Assembly (NCBI GenBank): GCA_977030845.1
Contig: OZ365118.1
Span: forward strand, 12,400,001 to 12,464,000
Direction: 5' to 3'
Origin: Fimbriosthenelais zetlandica
Taxonomy: Eukaryota
DNA length: 64,000 bases
Each line of letters starts with the position of its first letter. The stretch's first letter is position 1. Of the stretch, positions 39,601 through 51,651 are shown piece after piece. The notes beneath the pieces were generated by a model. It did not search any database. It was not told the origin of the DNA and saw only the letters and a list, made by a program, of their open reading frames with translations. The translations under genes were made by a program, and so were the position numbers.

Positions 39601-40512
39601 GCTTTGACACAAGCCCCTAAATTTGTTTCGTAAACACACATAAAGCAAGGCAGGACTCTATAACGAGAAATCCTATCTCATCCAATGATTTACTGAGACA
39701 AACTTCCAACATGAAGTTAATAATCTTTTTCCAATTTGTGTTCTTTATCTCCCTCTTCCCGATAAGAAGGCAATGAAGTGACTAGCATATCTATGGGTTA
39801 GGACGGTGGGGTATTACATACGAAGCTGTTTTTACTATTTCTCCGCAGCGGCTTTCAATATTCGAGGAACGCTAAATGAATACATATGTGAGCGCCCTTT
39901 TTGTTGGAAACTCTACTAAAAGCACATTTTCAGAGTAGAGTAGATGGGGGGTGTTTCAATGGTTTGATAGATGGAATAACTTTCACCGTTCCTCTTTGCA
40001 AAATCACATTTGGTTGACGGTTGGACGAGGAATGGATTGATGGGCTTATGGACTACTAATCTTTATCACACAGTCTTGAGTTTAGTTCACAATGCAAAAT
40101 GCGAGGGACTAAATCGGTTACCGTTTTCTATGCAAAAATGTGTACGTGTTTGCAACGCAAATATACATGTATTGGTACTTTCAATGGTGACTTTCCTTCC
40201 AAAGTTAATTTATCCATTGAAATACATACAAGGAGTCACAGAAAAGTATGAACTGTCAAAAACCATTCAAAATTATTGGTTTTGGTAATAATTTCTGATA
40301 TTCTCAAGTGGAAAGCTGAACTTCAACTCCATGAAAAGAAAAAGAGTGAAAAATTCAAATTGCGAATTAGAGAAGACAATATTTTATTACACAACAATAT
40401 AAATATTGTGATCTTTGATATTAAAACCTCACATTTCAATAAATGAAAAGATCAAAGTTAAAGTTTAAATATCAAAATTTTAAATATGTTTCAACATTTT
40501 CATGTTTTTCAG

Positions 40513-40707
40513 TGCCCTTACACCGTCCACCACAACTCCAAACTCTCAGGCATGACGTCACCATTACGTCATCCGGCTGGTGACGCCAGCTGCGCGTCAG
40601 ATGGCGTACAGATGGAGGGCACGTACGGTGTGGACCGGCGGCCCTCTAAACGACCCTACCCCTTCCAGATGTGTCCCACCGAGGACGGCGGTCCCAAGGA
40701 GGCCGAG
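40513..40707 (+). CDS. Pcdh: Protocadherin exon B, 195 nt, phase 0-0 (CPYTVHH...GGPKEAE)
   Basis: Acceptor TTTTCATGTTTTTCAG| ends at 40512, donor GAG|GTGAGG at 40708. Exactly 65 stop-free codons. GC-rich block in an AT-rich flank. Phases match exons A and C. Confidence 0.85.
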
Positions 40708-40716
40708 GTGAGGACA

Positions 40717-41250
40717 TTTGTGATGCGTTTTCACTAAATGAGTTTAAAGTCGCACAGGGCAATTCAGTGTTAGAGGCCTGAAAGCTTGGTACACAAGCTG
40801 TTTATTTCCCTTAGGATTTTCGCTATATTATGCCGACAATGTTAAGCCTGGCATCCACCTATCCGATTATCGGGTCAAAATTGATCGGATCCGATTTTTG
40901 TAGGTCTTTTTGCCTACAAAAAATCGGATCCGATCAATTTTGACCCGATAATCTGATAGGTGGAATCCAGGCTTTACTATTTTTGTGAGTGAAATTGAGA
41001 AGAGTCCATCTTTGTGCGTGTTGTCCCTTCAAGATTTTTCCAGATGGACAAAAATGGAATTGTCTGAAAAGGGCATTTTCTCTAGTTTCCGCTGTCATTA
41101 CTTTGTCATTTTTGAAATTTTATTAAAAATATAAATATTTTTCACATCTCCTTGTGCTCTACATCATTAGAATGCTCGTGATCTGTTCTGTCAGAATTCA
41201 CAACTAACTCAAAATCCACTTGAGACTCATCCAGAGAAAACACGTCACAT
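40717..41250 (+). mobile_element. TIR element D, copy 2, interrupted by MITE C
   Basis: TGTGATGCGTTTTCACTAAATGAG left end, shared interior TTTGTGCGTGTTGTCCCTTCAAGATTT, right end GAAAACACGTCACAT. Confidence 0.85.
40845..40973. mobile_element. Fold-back (hairpin) MITE family C, copy 1, nested in element D copy 2
   Basis: 129 bp: 60/61-bp inverted arms around loop TCTTTTTG. TTA duplicated at 40842-40844 and 40974-40976. Confidence 0.92.
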
Positions 41251-41476
41251 TAATTATACATACACCAGTCCATTTGTGGATGAATGTTTTATCATTATTT
41301 CTACCATCCACTCAGTACCTTACTTATCTGGTTTTTCTTGGGAAGTTTGGAGAGGGAAGGTGGTAAATGGGATGCAAGATTTATGCAAGGCTTGCGGTGG
41401 GAGCAAAGGAAAGGACCCAAACATTTTCCAAAATCTAGGCTAAAATCCACATCCCAAACAGAATTAAGAACACTTA

Positions 41477-41605
41477 AGGGCGGATTCCACCTATCCGATT
41501 ATCGGGTCAAAATTGATCGGATCCGATTTTTGTAGGTCTTTTTGCCTACATCAAATCGGATCCGATCATTTTTGACCCGATAATCGGATAGGTGGAATCC
41601 GCCCT
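41477..41605. mobile_element. Fold-back MITE family C, copy 2
   Basis: 129 bp with the same arms and loop. TTA at 41474-41476 and 41606-41608. Confidence 0.92.
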
Positions 41606-42519
41606 TTAGAAATAACATCTACGAAGAATATCTCCAAAGAATTTCTAAAAGCATTGAACTGCCAAATTTGCCAGGCTGTCAAATGCAGATAAGTGATCGC
41701 CTACTGGTATTTTGAGCAAAGTGACATTGACAATGTACCCTTGCCCATATGGGCAATGATGGGAAGGTTAGAAAACAGAGAGAGGAAACCGAGGAAGAGA
41801 AAAGTATTGAAGAGGCAGTGATAAATAATCGAGCCGAGTAGGAGAGAACATGTAAACGAGAGAAAATAAATGGCAGATGTCACAAGGATGGCTGTGTGCG
41901 TGTACATAACAGAGGAGAAACTTGGAGGCTATTAACATCTAAAGTGTTTAGAAGGGGCTCCCTAGTCTCTCGGCTAAACAAATGTTCGCGGTCGGCAATT
42001 TATAGTAAGGGCCCTGTCTTAAGAGGGTATTCCCGGGCCGTATGTCACTGACAAGAACGAATTGCCGCATTCATAGACACCTGTGCTGCGCTAATTGAGT
42101 ATACTTAGCATGGCCAATGGGCAATGTCCGTCCCTCGCTCAGCCCCATGCTTCATTGTCCGAAGCAATGGGCATTCTTGATACAAGGAGGGGGGAGGGAG
42201 GGGGCTGGTGGGTTTTTATGAATGACCTGTCCATGTGAGGAGTAGGATTATTAATGTATATTGTCTACTTCCTCCTTATTCTTCTTCTGGTGATCAGACA
42301 CTGGGGGGTATTGTCACGTGCCCCCTGATGAATATTAATTAGGGTGAAATCATTCAAGATGGCAGGGCTGAGTGTTTTTCTTCCCAGACTCAGTTCCGGT
42401 GGCCGATCCACTCCTGGGCCTATAAGCTGACAAGTTTGGGTTGTTTTTTATATAAATTGTGCACCAGAAATGCAAATTGTGGATCAGGAATTGCTTCAAG
42501 ATCTCATGAGCTATTCTAA

Positions 42520-42745
42520 GGCAATTTGCTATTCCAACTAAACAAGTAGGAAATACAGTGTCGGCACACAGTGATCTACTATTCCCGATCAACCACAATG
42601 GTCCCTTTACATGCCTCTCACCATAGACAATGGGAGGCTGGATTTTTGATAACCCAGTTAGCAGCACTGGGCAATGGCCAATTTTGAAGAATGCTTGTGG
42701 AATTGAACCCGAGACCTCCAAACCCCCAAGTCCTACCACATGGTG
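42520..42745 (-). mobile_element. SINE family 2, inverted copy
   Basis: Reverse B box GGAATTGAACC at 42699-42709, GATAACCCAGTTAGCAGCACTGG, TTTACATGCCTCTCACCATAGACAATGGGAG. Confidence 0.8.
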
Positions 42746-43344
42746 AATCTATCGGTAAATTCAGTTTTATTAAAATAAAACCACGAATAAAACCCCTTGA
42801 TCTCAATTCCTTTGAAGGGTAAACGTTATGGGCTCCAATGAATAAGATCCCCCTTATAGAAACTAATATCAGTTTGATGGTGAAATGTGAAATGTTACTT
42901 TAAACCGAAGGCAGTTTCCTAATCCTTTTTCCCCACATCCGACTTGAGGAAATATTCTTTCCAGTTCGAATTAAAATTCCCTGTGTCGCAGTAAATTCGC
43001 TGCTGATTAAACCCGTTTTGATAAGCACAGTACATCTTCAATTAAATCTTTTTGACAGTCTTCCCCTTTGACGTGCCTAATGGCATTTCCTTTGGAAAAG
43101 GGTAGTGGAGAAAAAATGCCAACTACTTGTTCCACTGGTGCTGTTTTGTGGGCGGGGAAAGTGAAGGAACGTGGCACGTCGTCCGCACTTGCTCCATGAG
43201 AAGTGTGTCGAATTTTTTTGTTGGGGGGAGGAGTTGTTGGGGGCGGACAGGGGCGTGTGGGTGTGTTAAGGGGGGAGAAGGAGAATAAATATGATAGGAA
43301 GGAGATTTGTAGGAGGACGTAGGAAGATAAGAGATCGAGAAAGG

Positions 43345-44030
43345 CAGTAACACCTCTCTGTGTGCTGGGAACACTTTTTGGGGCAATTTAAAGTGATAAT
43401 GGCAGAACTCAGAAGGAAATGTGTATATGGAATCTGGGACTGTAAAAAAAAAGTTCTCTGTCTATGGTGGGGTTCACTTATCAGAGGGAGCCGTATATAT
43501 GACACCTCAAGAACTATATAATAGAGAGAAAGAGACTTTTCAGAGATGTTCTTCTGGGGTCAACTAGGCTATTATGGCAAGATGTTTGGATTGAAAAAGT
43601 ATACATCATTCAGAGGTGTTCCCTAATCAGAGGGAGCCATTCATGTATAATAGGCCTAAAATAGAACAACTCAAAAACTCGGGACTGTGGAAATGTATTC
43701 AGAGTTGTTGCCTAAGCTGTAAAGGTGTTCACTATGGTGCTGTTCCCTAATCAGAGGTAGCTGTATAGGGAAACCTCAATAACTTGAGACTGTGAAAGAG
43801 TGTTACATCCAAGGAAAGGTTCCCTAATCAGAGGGAACCATATATAGAACAACTCAAGAACTCGAGACTGTGAAAATAAGGTCCCAAATCAGAGGGAACT
43901 GTTTCGAACCACTAAAGAACTTGAGACTGTGGCAATATGTTCCCAAATCAGAAGCAGCTGTATCGAACAACCAACAAACTTGCAATATGGGACTGTGTTC
44001 TTAGGTGTTCAACATGTAGGTTTTACCGTA
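43345..44030. mobile_element. Degraded Tc1/pogo-type element with an internal 55-90 bp tandem array
   Basis: About 7 units of TTCCCTAATCAGAGGG...AACTCAAGAACTCGAGACTGTG. CAGTAACACCTCT left end, GGTTTTACCG|TA right end. A related inverted fragment lies at about 55050-55090. Confidence 0.55.
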
Positions 44031-44294
44031 GTTAGCTGTTGTATTGAGCTAATTGGCGATGATCCGCTCAGCACCCATGGAGGCGTGCCTGGCCAGGCCG
44101 TGCACATCTGTAGGGAGCGTGTCTGGGTTGGTGCCAACAGATCCGATTATAAGGCCAACTCGTGCTCTACAGGAGCGTACCGAGTGGATCCCGGCCAAAA
44201 CCGGTTCAATCTTTGGCCCTCTCTCCAGCACGAATCACATCTTCTCTGTTAACACTATCTGGGTGTATAAACCTTTGAACGATGCATTTTCCGG

Positions 44295-44610
44295 TGGCTT
44301 TTGTGTTATAAATTTGGGTTTTAAGACTGACAGATCCCTTTTTTCCCTGAGTTGTTGCCTTCCAACCATGTATATTTTCAACTCGGGGTCTCTCCCATGG
44401 CAGTTCAATCAATCCCCAATTCCATTTTTCCTTTATTATACTGATATTCTTATTAAGGTTTTTCGATGGCTTTTGGGTTATAAATTTGGGTTTTAAGACT
44501 GAAAGATCCCCTTTTTCCTGAGTTGTCTTCCAACCATGTATATTTTCAACTCGGAGTCTATCCCATGGCAGTTCAATCCATCCCCAGTTCCATTTTCTGA
44601 TATTCTTATT
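44295..44610 (+). repeat. Tandem duplication, period 172 bp
   Basis: TGGCTTTTG.GTTATAAATTTGGGTTTTAAGACTGA...CCATGGCAGTTCAATC at 44295 and 44467. Confidence 0.9.
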
Positions 44611-45639
44611 TGATTTCTGAAGATTTCTCTTTAAAGGTTGTAGCAATGCTAATATTCAGTTTGAAATGGGCTCCAAGGAAATTACCAGACATCCAGAAGT
44701 TTTTTTATGAAGGCAGCCTATACATATCTCTGAGCGTTGCAGATAAAAAAAATCCCAAATCGTCTCCTAAAAATAGGCTTGGGGATCAGGACTCAGACGG
44801 TAGAGTGTCTCACCACTTTCCAGCGAGCTCTATGAAGAGTTAGGAGTGGAACTTGACATTATACATTACGAAAAGCACCGGTCGTAAATCGTCTAGCATT
44901 CAGTTTTATGAAGGGCGTAATTGAAGCTAATGGCAGGGACTTGAGATTAACCCGTGCAGCATTGCCTTCTATCCTAATTAGATTCTGGGTTTGCTAAGAA
45001 GCACCATGAAGACTTTGGAAGGGAACAGTTCTCTTTTCTTATATTAGGATTTTAAAATCGGCTCGTAACTGGATGCCATGTCAACACAGGAAAGATGCTG
45101 TCTGCACCCCCCCCCCCCGACCCACCCCCAATCTTTAATACCCCCAACTCCACCCCCCCCCCCCCCCACCACCCCTTCCTGCTGGCCAAGCCTTTACGAC
45201 TTCGACATGAACATGACAGTTGGTTTCCAATTATTAATTTCCAATTAATGATATTTGCCCGATCGTAAAACATCAAAGTCGGCTGGGTTTTGGGACTATA
45301 AATGGCATCCCCCCTTTTAATCCTAGATTTGGATCGAGGAGGAGGGGGATCGAATTCCGAGGAGAGAAAACAAATCTAATAAGAAACAAGAGTTTAATAA
45401 TTGATTCATTTCTGGGTGCATCAGCATTTCAGCGCTATTTCCATACGATATCTTGGGATTAATAAAAGTCACTTTATCATGAATATGTGGCAATAATGAC
45501 AGTTTTGGTTTTAATGGGAGCTGTGTAATCATCATGGTGACATTGCCTGCAATGATGCTGAAGGGCCAGATATGTTTTATCTCTAACATTCTGAGGACCT
45601 ACTCTACTGTCCAAAAGCCTTAGCCCACCATCCCATCAC

Positions 45640-45938
45640 CAAATAGTGTCTGCCCCGTGTGTAGAAGATTGTCGGTTCGAACCGCGGCCGGGTCAAACCA
45701 AAGACTAAAAAAATGGAACTAGTGGTTCCCTCGGTTGACACTCAGCAATAAGGAAACAGTACTAGGACTGGTCAGCCTGGTGTCAGGATAATGTGACTGG
45801 GTGAGATATCATGTCATGTGCCTTCGACATGATACCTCAGTGAGGCAGCACAATGAAAGAGCATAGGGTTCACTGTCACAAGTAGGCACTGTCATGAGAT
45901 ATTGTTATGTAAAAATGACTTAAAAGAACCAAATCACA
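45640..45938 (+). mobile_element. tRNA-derived SINE family 1 (Meta-domain-like), near full length
   Basis: B box GGTTCGAACC at 45674-45683, followed by GGGTCAAACCAAAGACT..AAATGG..CACTCAGCA, which from memory resembles the MetaSINE central domain. Two more copies are in the window. Family name needs a database check. Confidence 0.8.
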
Positions 45939-46660
45939 TGTGTTTGCTAATTGCGGGATTTGCTAAATGAAGCCTCGCGCCATATATAGCAAAAGATTAC
46001 AAAATAAAATTTCAAGACAGTCTTCCCAAAAGCCAAATGTCAAAGGATGTCATTAAAATATTGATTTTGACACCTGTATAAAAGCCTTCTCTTCTGAACA
46101 GTGCAATTTTCCTTAAATCAAACTAAGGGATTCAGAAAGAAACAGGTATGCTTGGTCAAATAGAAGCTTGGTCAAAACACCAGCTAGATGATGATGAGAC
46201 TTATAAACATTTTGGTCAGGAGTGTAGAGCGTGTGAATGATATTAAGCAGAGGTAGACGAGGGTCTGGAGAGAGAAGTCCATTACTCACATATCAAATAT
46301 TAAAGTCTGTGCTAGTGCTTTCACAGTCCTGTGATATGGGAACAGCCACTCGCTATGCGCAGGACGAGCCCGCTTTACACATGCATAGGAATCCTGTGCT
46401 GCGGGACGGTGGTGGGCAGGATTTGATTGCTCTAATCTGTACCACCTTGTGTTTTGGAGTAGAGAACTATAGGATTTGTATGGGGATCATTTGTTCTGCT
46501 TCACTCAAGCTGTATAATAGTATGGTATTAAAAGGGGCCTTGTTCAGTGCAACCATAGTCTGTTGCATTAGAGATTTTTAGTGATATCTCTCACTTCCCA
46601 CTGCATTCAGATATTGATAATTCAAATTTCATTTCTCGGTTCGATTTCTAATGAGAATGA

Positions 46661-46980
46661 GACTTATATATATATATTTCCAATTGCATTTACAAATCAT
46701 TTGCATTCACAATTCCAGTTGATACTTATTTGTGTATGCCTTTAAATTGCGAACAGACATCTTATTTGATATTTCCCATTGCATTCAAAGAATGATATTC
46801 CCAAATCCATTTGACGATTCCCATTGCATTCATAATTCCAATTATCAATTCAAACATTGAAATTTCCCATTGCATTCACAAGTCCAGTTGTCAACTCAAA
46901 TTGTATTCACAACTCCATTTCTAGGTCATTCATAATTCTCATTCATCCCATTGCATCCTAAATCTCATTTCCCATTAAGA
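46661..46980 (+). repeat. Degenerate array of TTCCCATTGCATTCA motifs
   Basis: Motif recurs 5-6 times, 180-500 bp upstream of exon C. Confidence 0.65.
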
Positions 46981-47155
46981 AGATTTTCCGAATGTTTCAT
47001 GACACATTTCTGGCTGAGTGTTCTTATCTAGCAAGCAGCGTGAGGCGGGATTATGACAGGAGAGAAGACCTACTAGAGCCTCACCACATATAATTCCCTC
47101 ATTTGGCGGCGTTTCCTTGGTGACACATATTTCTAACTGGTTGTTATGGTTACAG

Positions 47156-47270
47156 ATGCATCAACTACTGGAGGTGATGGGTCCAGCTGACACAGAGAGT
47201 GCATGCTCTGGAGATGGTTCTAATCCTGACAGTGGACGGGGACCCAGCGAGCAAGGTCACCAAGAGTTAG
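47156..47270 (+). CDS. Pcdh: Protocadherin exon C, 115 nt, phase 0-1 (MHQLLEVMGPADTESACSGDGSNPDSGRGPSEQGHQEL)
   Basis: Branch-like CTAAC at 47133-47137, acceptor TTACAG|, canonical donor TAG|GTGAGT at 47271. 38 codons + 1 nt supplies the phase 1 needed by the last exon. DSGRGPSE resembles the DSGxG motif of protocadherin tails. Confidence 0.92.
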
Positions 47271-48599
47271 GTGAGTGTTATTCTTAAAAAAAATAGATTT
47301 GGAAATATTCTGGGAGTAGGGTGTATTATTTCTACGATATTAGAATATAGGGCTACGCTACGAGCGATTGGCGGAGATGTCTTAATTAGGGAGGTCCCCC
47401 CCGCTTGGATAATGTTGAAATCCGGGGTATTTTGGGGGCACAACAGCGAGGGAAAGGGGGAATGCAGTGTTAGGCTCACTGGATTTCTGTGAGAGAGTTG
47501 GCAACATTGCTTAAAGGGATATGAAACACTGGGTATTGTAGTTCTGATTTCAGACTGCTATAATTATACTTGATTTCAGAATAAGAATCATAGAGATTTG
47601 ATGTCTCAGTAGAGAGAAAGAAAAATCTAAACATGATATTTCTCCCAGAATAAGAGATCGATTGAGTCAGCCATCTTGTAGACAAGATGTCACATGATTT
47701 CGGCTTAGCCAATCAGAATGGGGGGAGGGGCTAGAAACGAACAGTTACATCTAACTTTCAAGAAAACGAACTCCCGCTATTTAGGTTTGAATAATCTCCA
47801 CCATAGCACCATATTACAGTTCAGCAATCAATTTAACCTACTTTTCTCCTTTCTTTTAAGAAAAATTACAGTGTATCTGCCTTGCTGTTTTGGGGGAGCT
47901 GTTTTTGTGTGAAAAGCCATTGTGCATTATTGCCCATTAAGTGGAAAAGGCAGACAAAAAGAGGCATAGATAAATGGATCGGGCTTAATTAATTGAACTA
48001 AGTATTGGTAATGGCTTTTCTTGCCCATTAAAAAGCAATTACTTCCTATGTATATGGATCTGATTTATTTGCCCAGTAGGCTCTAATGTGTTTTGCTTTA
48101 TCTAATGCTGGCCCAGGGAGGCGATTGCTTTTGCTCTTCCACATTGCGGGGATGGCCATGGGGAGGGATGGGTGGTGGAGTTATAATAAGGAAACATTAG
48201 GCAAAAAAAACAAATTCTCAGGTTCTGGTCAGCAGGGGCATCACCTTAAAAGGTGAGCGTTAATCCCTGTTCTTTTGTAATTAATTTTTTAAACAATTTG
48301 CCACCATTCCCATCTTATTCACTGTATTAAAAAGCCGTATTTTATGGAACCTTGTCTCCAAAACCCAGTAATATTTTTGCCTTATATATAATCGAGCTTT
48401 GGTGTAATGGGCAGTGGAGAATGTTGGGGTAGCGAGCATTTGCTCAGGTGATAGGGTGTTCAGCTTGAATGTGAGCGATTCCAGGATCTATTCCACCAGC
48501 ATTCTCAAAATAACCCATCGCCCACATATTTATATAGAAACGAGGAGGAAAGACAGTCGTGGTGCCATTGCCTGCTCTTTTTACTTGACAGCAATAGAG

Positions 48600-48730
48600 A
48601 CATTGTCCCCTGATAACCCAGTTAGCAGCACTGGGGTAGTGGGACAAGGTCAAATTTGCAGAATGCTTGCGGAATGCAATATGGGACCTCCCACATTCAT
48701 GCGGACACACTACTGCCTGAGGCACGGCCC
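48600..48730 (-). mobile_element. SINE family 2, 5' part, inverted
   Basis: TGATAACCCAGTTAGCAGCACTGG..GAATGCTTGCGGAAT..GGGACCTCCC. Confidence 0.7.
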
Positions 48731-48933
48731 CACAGCGATTGGTGGTGTGGAGGGGAGGGTGGGGGTATTGGACGAAGCCGGTGTGTTGGTTTGAGACAAG
48801 CATTATCTATCTATTGTTAAATCTTCCATGACAGATGACCTTGTCTGTAATCAGGGAAGCGTATACACTTAGCCTTCAACCTGTTTGTCGACGAGAGATG
48901 TGATACATTAACCCATGGTCTATTGTCTAATGT

Positions 48934-49300
48934 GGGGCATCTTTGTTATGAGATGGGCATCTTTGATAAGAGATGGGGATCTTTGTTGAGAGATGGGGAT
49001 CTTTGTTATGAGATGGGCATCTTCGGTTAGAGATGGGCATCTTTGTTAAGAGATGGGCATCTTTGTTAAGAGATGGGCATCTTTGTTATGAGATGGGTAT
49101 CTTTGTTGAGAGATGGGCATCTTTGTTAAGAGATGGCTATCTTTGTTAAGAGATGGCTATCTTTGTTAAGAGATGGCTATCTTTGTTAAGAGATGGCTAT
49201 CTTTGTTAAGAGATGGGTATCATTGTTAAGATATGGGCATATTCGTTATGAGATGGGCATTTCCGTTGAGAGATGGGCATCTCTGTTCAGAAACGGGCAC
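48934..49300 (+). repeat. 20-bp minisatellite (GGGCATCTTTGTTAAGAGAT), about 18 copies
   Basis: Visible head-to-tail array without spacers. Confidence 0.95.
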
Positions 49301-50204
49301 TTGCGGCTGTTGTACATAGTAGTACATAGATGTGTTGCAAAATGTACATATTCTTTAGTGAGATGCATGTAAAAGAAACATTGATATCTCTCACGAACAG
49401 CAGCAGGCCATGTAGTCAACAACGTCTTTCCTTTGTTTCATAATCCAAGCCAAACATCGAACCCTAATCAAACACCAATCTAGTATTAGGAGTTTATATA
49501 TTTGCACAACAAAGCTTTAGCCTATGGCTGTGCAAGTGTATATAAGGGGTGCTGACACACCATAGTATAGTTATCCCCAACCCCCTCAACGCCTGGAGGA
49601 AAGGGAAGGGTGTCCAAAGCTAAGCTCATTAAACCAGTCGCGTATTGGACAACGAGCTTTTGGTAATCCAATAGAAGGTGGTAGACGGAGGCATGCTAAT
49701 AGAGTGTAAAGGCCGCGTCTATAGGCGACTCCCAATCACAGTGGGGGTTATATTGCTGGCTTGTTCTGTCAAGTCGTGTCTTCCCCCTTTGTTAAGTACA
49801 TATATATACGGGGAGTGGGTGTGTGGTAGATTAATGAGAACATTGGGTGAGTCAGTTAATGATTTAGTCTAGAAATGGCCGCTTGTAGTTGTAGTCAATG
49901 GGTTACCTATACCGATTGACCGACTGACCTCTCAAGCCAAATCTTTTTTTTCTTTTTTAAAGGAAATTGATGGAATTAAGTTGGGCAGGTGCTCAAGTCA
50001 GCAAAAATGACGATTGCTGGATAGTATACTGTCCATTGTAGCGTTCAATGGAAATACTAGTAAGTCACATTTTGCAAAAAATGTCATGACATGAAAGTCC
50101 ACTACATGTATAAGCCATTTGGAGTGGGACATTTTAACCGGTTTTCCTTAGGATTAAAACAAAAATCTGACTTACTCCATATTTTCACTGGACACTAGCA
50201 TTGG

Positions 50205-50348
50205 NNNNNNNNNNNNNNNNNNNNNNNNNNNNNNNNNNNNNNNNNNNNNNNNNNNNNNNNNNNNNNNNNNNNNNNNNNNNNNNNNNNNNNNNNNNNNNNN
50301 NNNNNNNNNNNNNNNNNNNNNNNNNNNNNNNNNNNNNNNNNNNNNNNN
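50205..50348. other. Assembly gap (144 N)
   Basis: Run of N. Confidence 1.
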
Positions 50349-50572
50349 AATGAGAGAGAGATAGTGACAAATTGGTGTGTGGTGATGGTGGATAAAGATA
50401 TAGGTGTAGCGGGTTAGGAGGTGACTAGTGTAACGGCATGTACTAATGCCTGCCTACTATTACTCTCACCCCGGCTACAGGCAGACTACCATGATGAATG
50501 GGCCCACCAAGTCCACCCTACACTCTAATTATCACCCACCCTCCCCCCCTGTACCCCCACCCACACCCCCTA

Positions 50573-50934
50573 CAGTATCACACAAAATTATATGAACATT
50601 CCAAAAAAATTCTATATTTTTCAAAAATATAATCAGAAGCAAATCAGAACAAAGTAAAAATTGTCAAATTCATAAAAGTTCAAATTGTTGTTTTTATAGG
50701 ACTGTTTCGTACACAGCCATAAGGTAATCAATTGACACATTTCAAATTATTAATATTTAAAAATGTGAAAATTAATTAACCAAAATAAGTTTTTCCAAGT
50801 TGCCGAAATAATCTTTTGCGATAATGTAAACTCCCTAACCCCAAATCCACCTGAGGATTTCCAAAATGTATAATAAATTATTTTCGTTAAACTGCATACA
50901 CCCCTAAAGTGTGCAAATATTTTTTGGTGATATG
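50573..50934. mobile_element. Tc1-like MITE
   Basis: TA|CAGTATCACACAAAATTATATGAACA versus TGTGCAAATATTTTTTGGTGATATG. Confidence 0.6.
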
Positions 50935-51359
50935 CAACTCCACCGCCCCCCCCCCCCCCCTCCACCTCCCACCAGCAGTTGACGACCTCGAGGCTGCCCA
51001 CAATTTGCCTATCTTCACCTTGTGACCGCTAGGGGTGCCACCTATACACGTATAATCTAATCCGTCCGTCCTACCATTCGCTGCCTTCCTCTCTCATGTA
51101 TATCCCATCACAGGCTGGCCAATAACAGCACTGGTAGCCCCCGAAAAAAATCACCTCCCCCTGGCCCTCCCCCCCCCCCCCCCAACCACTGCCATCCCCG
51201 ACCCTTCCTCCCATCTCGCAAGCGTCCTACACCCCTCCCCTTCTCCTCCCCACCCCCACTTCACACCCCCCCCCCCCCGCCCCCACCCAGCAACCACTGA
51301 ACACTGGCAATCCCTTGTCGACCCCTCCATATACATCCCAAATGTTGGACATATATATA

Positions 51360-51651
51360 CAGTGCAACTTCTCTGAAGCGACCTTCTATATGGGACTGAG
51401 CCAAATGTGGTCTTTAAAGGGAGGTGGTCGCTTCAGTGAGTATTGCAAACATAAGGAGGGAAATGGGACCAGACAAACATGGTTTAATGAGGTAGTCGCT
51501 TTAACGGGGTCATCGCTTTAACGGGATGATTGGTTTAAGGATCTGGTCGGTTTAAGGGGTTATCAGTTCAGTGGGGTAGTCGGTTCACGGAGGCGGTCGG
51601 TTTAATGGGTTGGTCGGTTTAACGGGATGATCGATTTAAGGGGGAGCACTG
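51360..51651. mobile_element. Tc1/pogo-type MITE with subterminal GGTCGGTTTAA repeats
   Basis: TA|CAGTGC...GCACTG|TA, with about 9 copies of a roughly 16-bp GGTCGGTTTAACGGG unit near the right end. Confidence 0.75.

Noticed and set aside
1519-40512. Additional cadherin variable exons or CTCF/CSE sites as in vertebrate clusters
   Set aside because: No cadherin motifs in any other ORF, and only weak partial CTCF-like matches by eye.
48934-49300. Partly palindromic 20-bp repeats as a CRISPR array
   Set aside because: No spacers, no cas genes, animal intron.
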